Source: Candidatus Spyradenecus sp. (GTDB lineage Bacteria > Verrucomicrobiota > Kiritimatiellia > RFP12 > DVOR01). Taken from it: a stretch of DNA of 64,000 nt. A model generated the notes under the pieces. That model did no database searches. It was not told the origin of the DNA and saw only the letters and a list, made by a program, of their open reading frames with translations. The translations under genes and the position numbers were made by a program. Location of the stretch: contig JAZRAG010000058.1 of the NCBI GenBank assembly GCA_045634445.1, positions 2,499 through 66,498 of the forward strand, in the 5' to 3' direction. Each line of letters opens with the position of its first letter. Within the stretch, counting starts at the first letter, position 1. Of the stretch, positions 63,852 through 64,000 are shown piece after piece.

Positions 63852-64000
63852 AGTGGCGTTTTGTGAGAAGCAACGCAAAAACGGCACGTTTAGGATCTCA
63901 GCTTAAGGTGATTCGCGTGAAGAATCGTATACGACCTTTAAAATCTGCTCACAACAAAGTATCACATTAATGGGAGATACTCTTTAGGTTCATTAATATC

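Noticed and set aside
1-64000. CRISPR arrays, prophage or integrative-element genes, toxin-antitoxin or restriction-modification/defence gene clusters
   Set aside because: No regularly spaced repeat-spacer arrays, no integrase, recombinase, transposase, nuclease or helicase defence signatures were found on either strand. The repeats present are irregular palindromic units, not CRISPR.

Overview
This 64 kb window looks like a chromosomal region of a Gram-negative, probably anaerobic or fermentative bacterium. I found no integrase, transposase, phage genes or CRISPR array. I cannot place the organism. Gram-negative envelope markers are LpxC-like, KdsD/KpsF, MurG and T2SS pseudopilin genes. Anaerobe/fermenter markers are a Tat-signal [FeFe] hydrogenase, acetate kinase, malic enzyme and a Bat-like operon. 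A few features (bS22-like peptide, Bat genes, long Rho N-terminal insertion, OlsF-like acyltransferase) are reminiscent of FCB-group bacteria, but the type II secretion-type pseudopilin (GspG-like) points elsewhere.

Gene content is mostly housekeeping:
- htpG (N-terminal part; gene continues past the window start)
- murG, translationally coupled to a MiaB-family methylthiotransferase
- argG (type II), dapA-dapB-folK
- gspF/gspG, a sigma-54 two-component pair
- an orphan hisH-hisF pair, ung, rfbD
- a ParC-like topoisomerase, tadA, ackA, rpsB-tsf
- tRNA-Arg(CCG), tRNA-Leu(UAG)
- ybeY, ispF, malic enzyme, split chrA pair, comF
- holA, kdsD, a DtxR-family regulator, rho (long N-terminal insertion), coaE

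The less ordinary content is:
1. A long co-directional operon dapA-dapB-folK-S8 peptidase-BatD-like-BatD-like/SH3-BatB-like (VWA+TPR). The gene order is unusual and there is a protease where batA/batC would normally sit.
2. A dispersed short repeat family (GGTTGTTTT/AAAACAACC palindromic units) at four loci, one copy in-frame inside the S8 peptidase N-terminal region.
3. Three ATGTGGCACA motifs, one of them with sigma-54-like -24/-12 spacing, upstream of an apparently leaderless gspF, with an NtrC-type activator about 6 kb downstream.
4. A 33-codon, highly basic small ORF after tsf that resembles ribosomal bS22.
5. A monomeric Tat-signal [FeFe] hydrogenase embedded in a housekeeping operon.
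6. An AT-rich, cysteine-rich secreted protein with about ten DnaJ-type zinc-finger CxxC motifs.
7. An orphan hisH/hisF pair.
8. An LpxC-like deacetylase / GT1 / TGS-uridine-kinase-family trio.
9. Several iteron-like or inverted-repeat arrays in intergenic DNA.

Several long ORFs in the six-frame track are antisense shadows of strongly codon-biased genes and are rejected.
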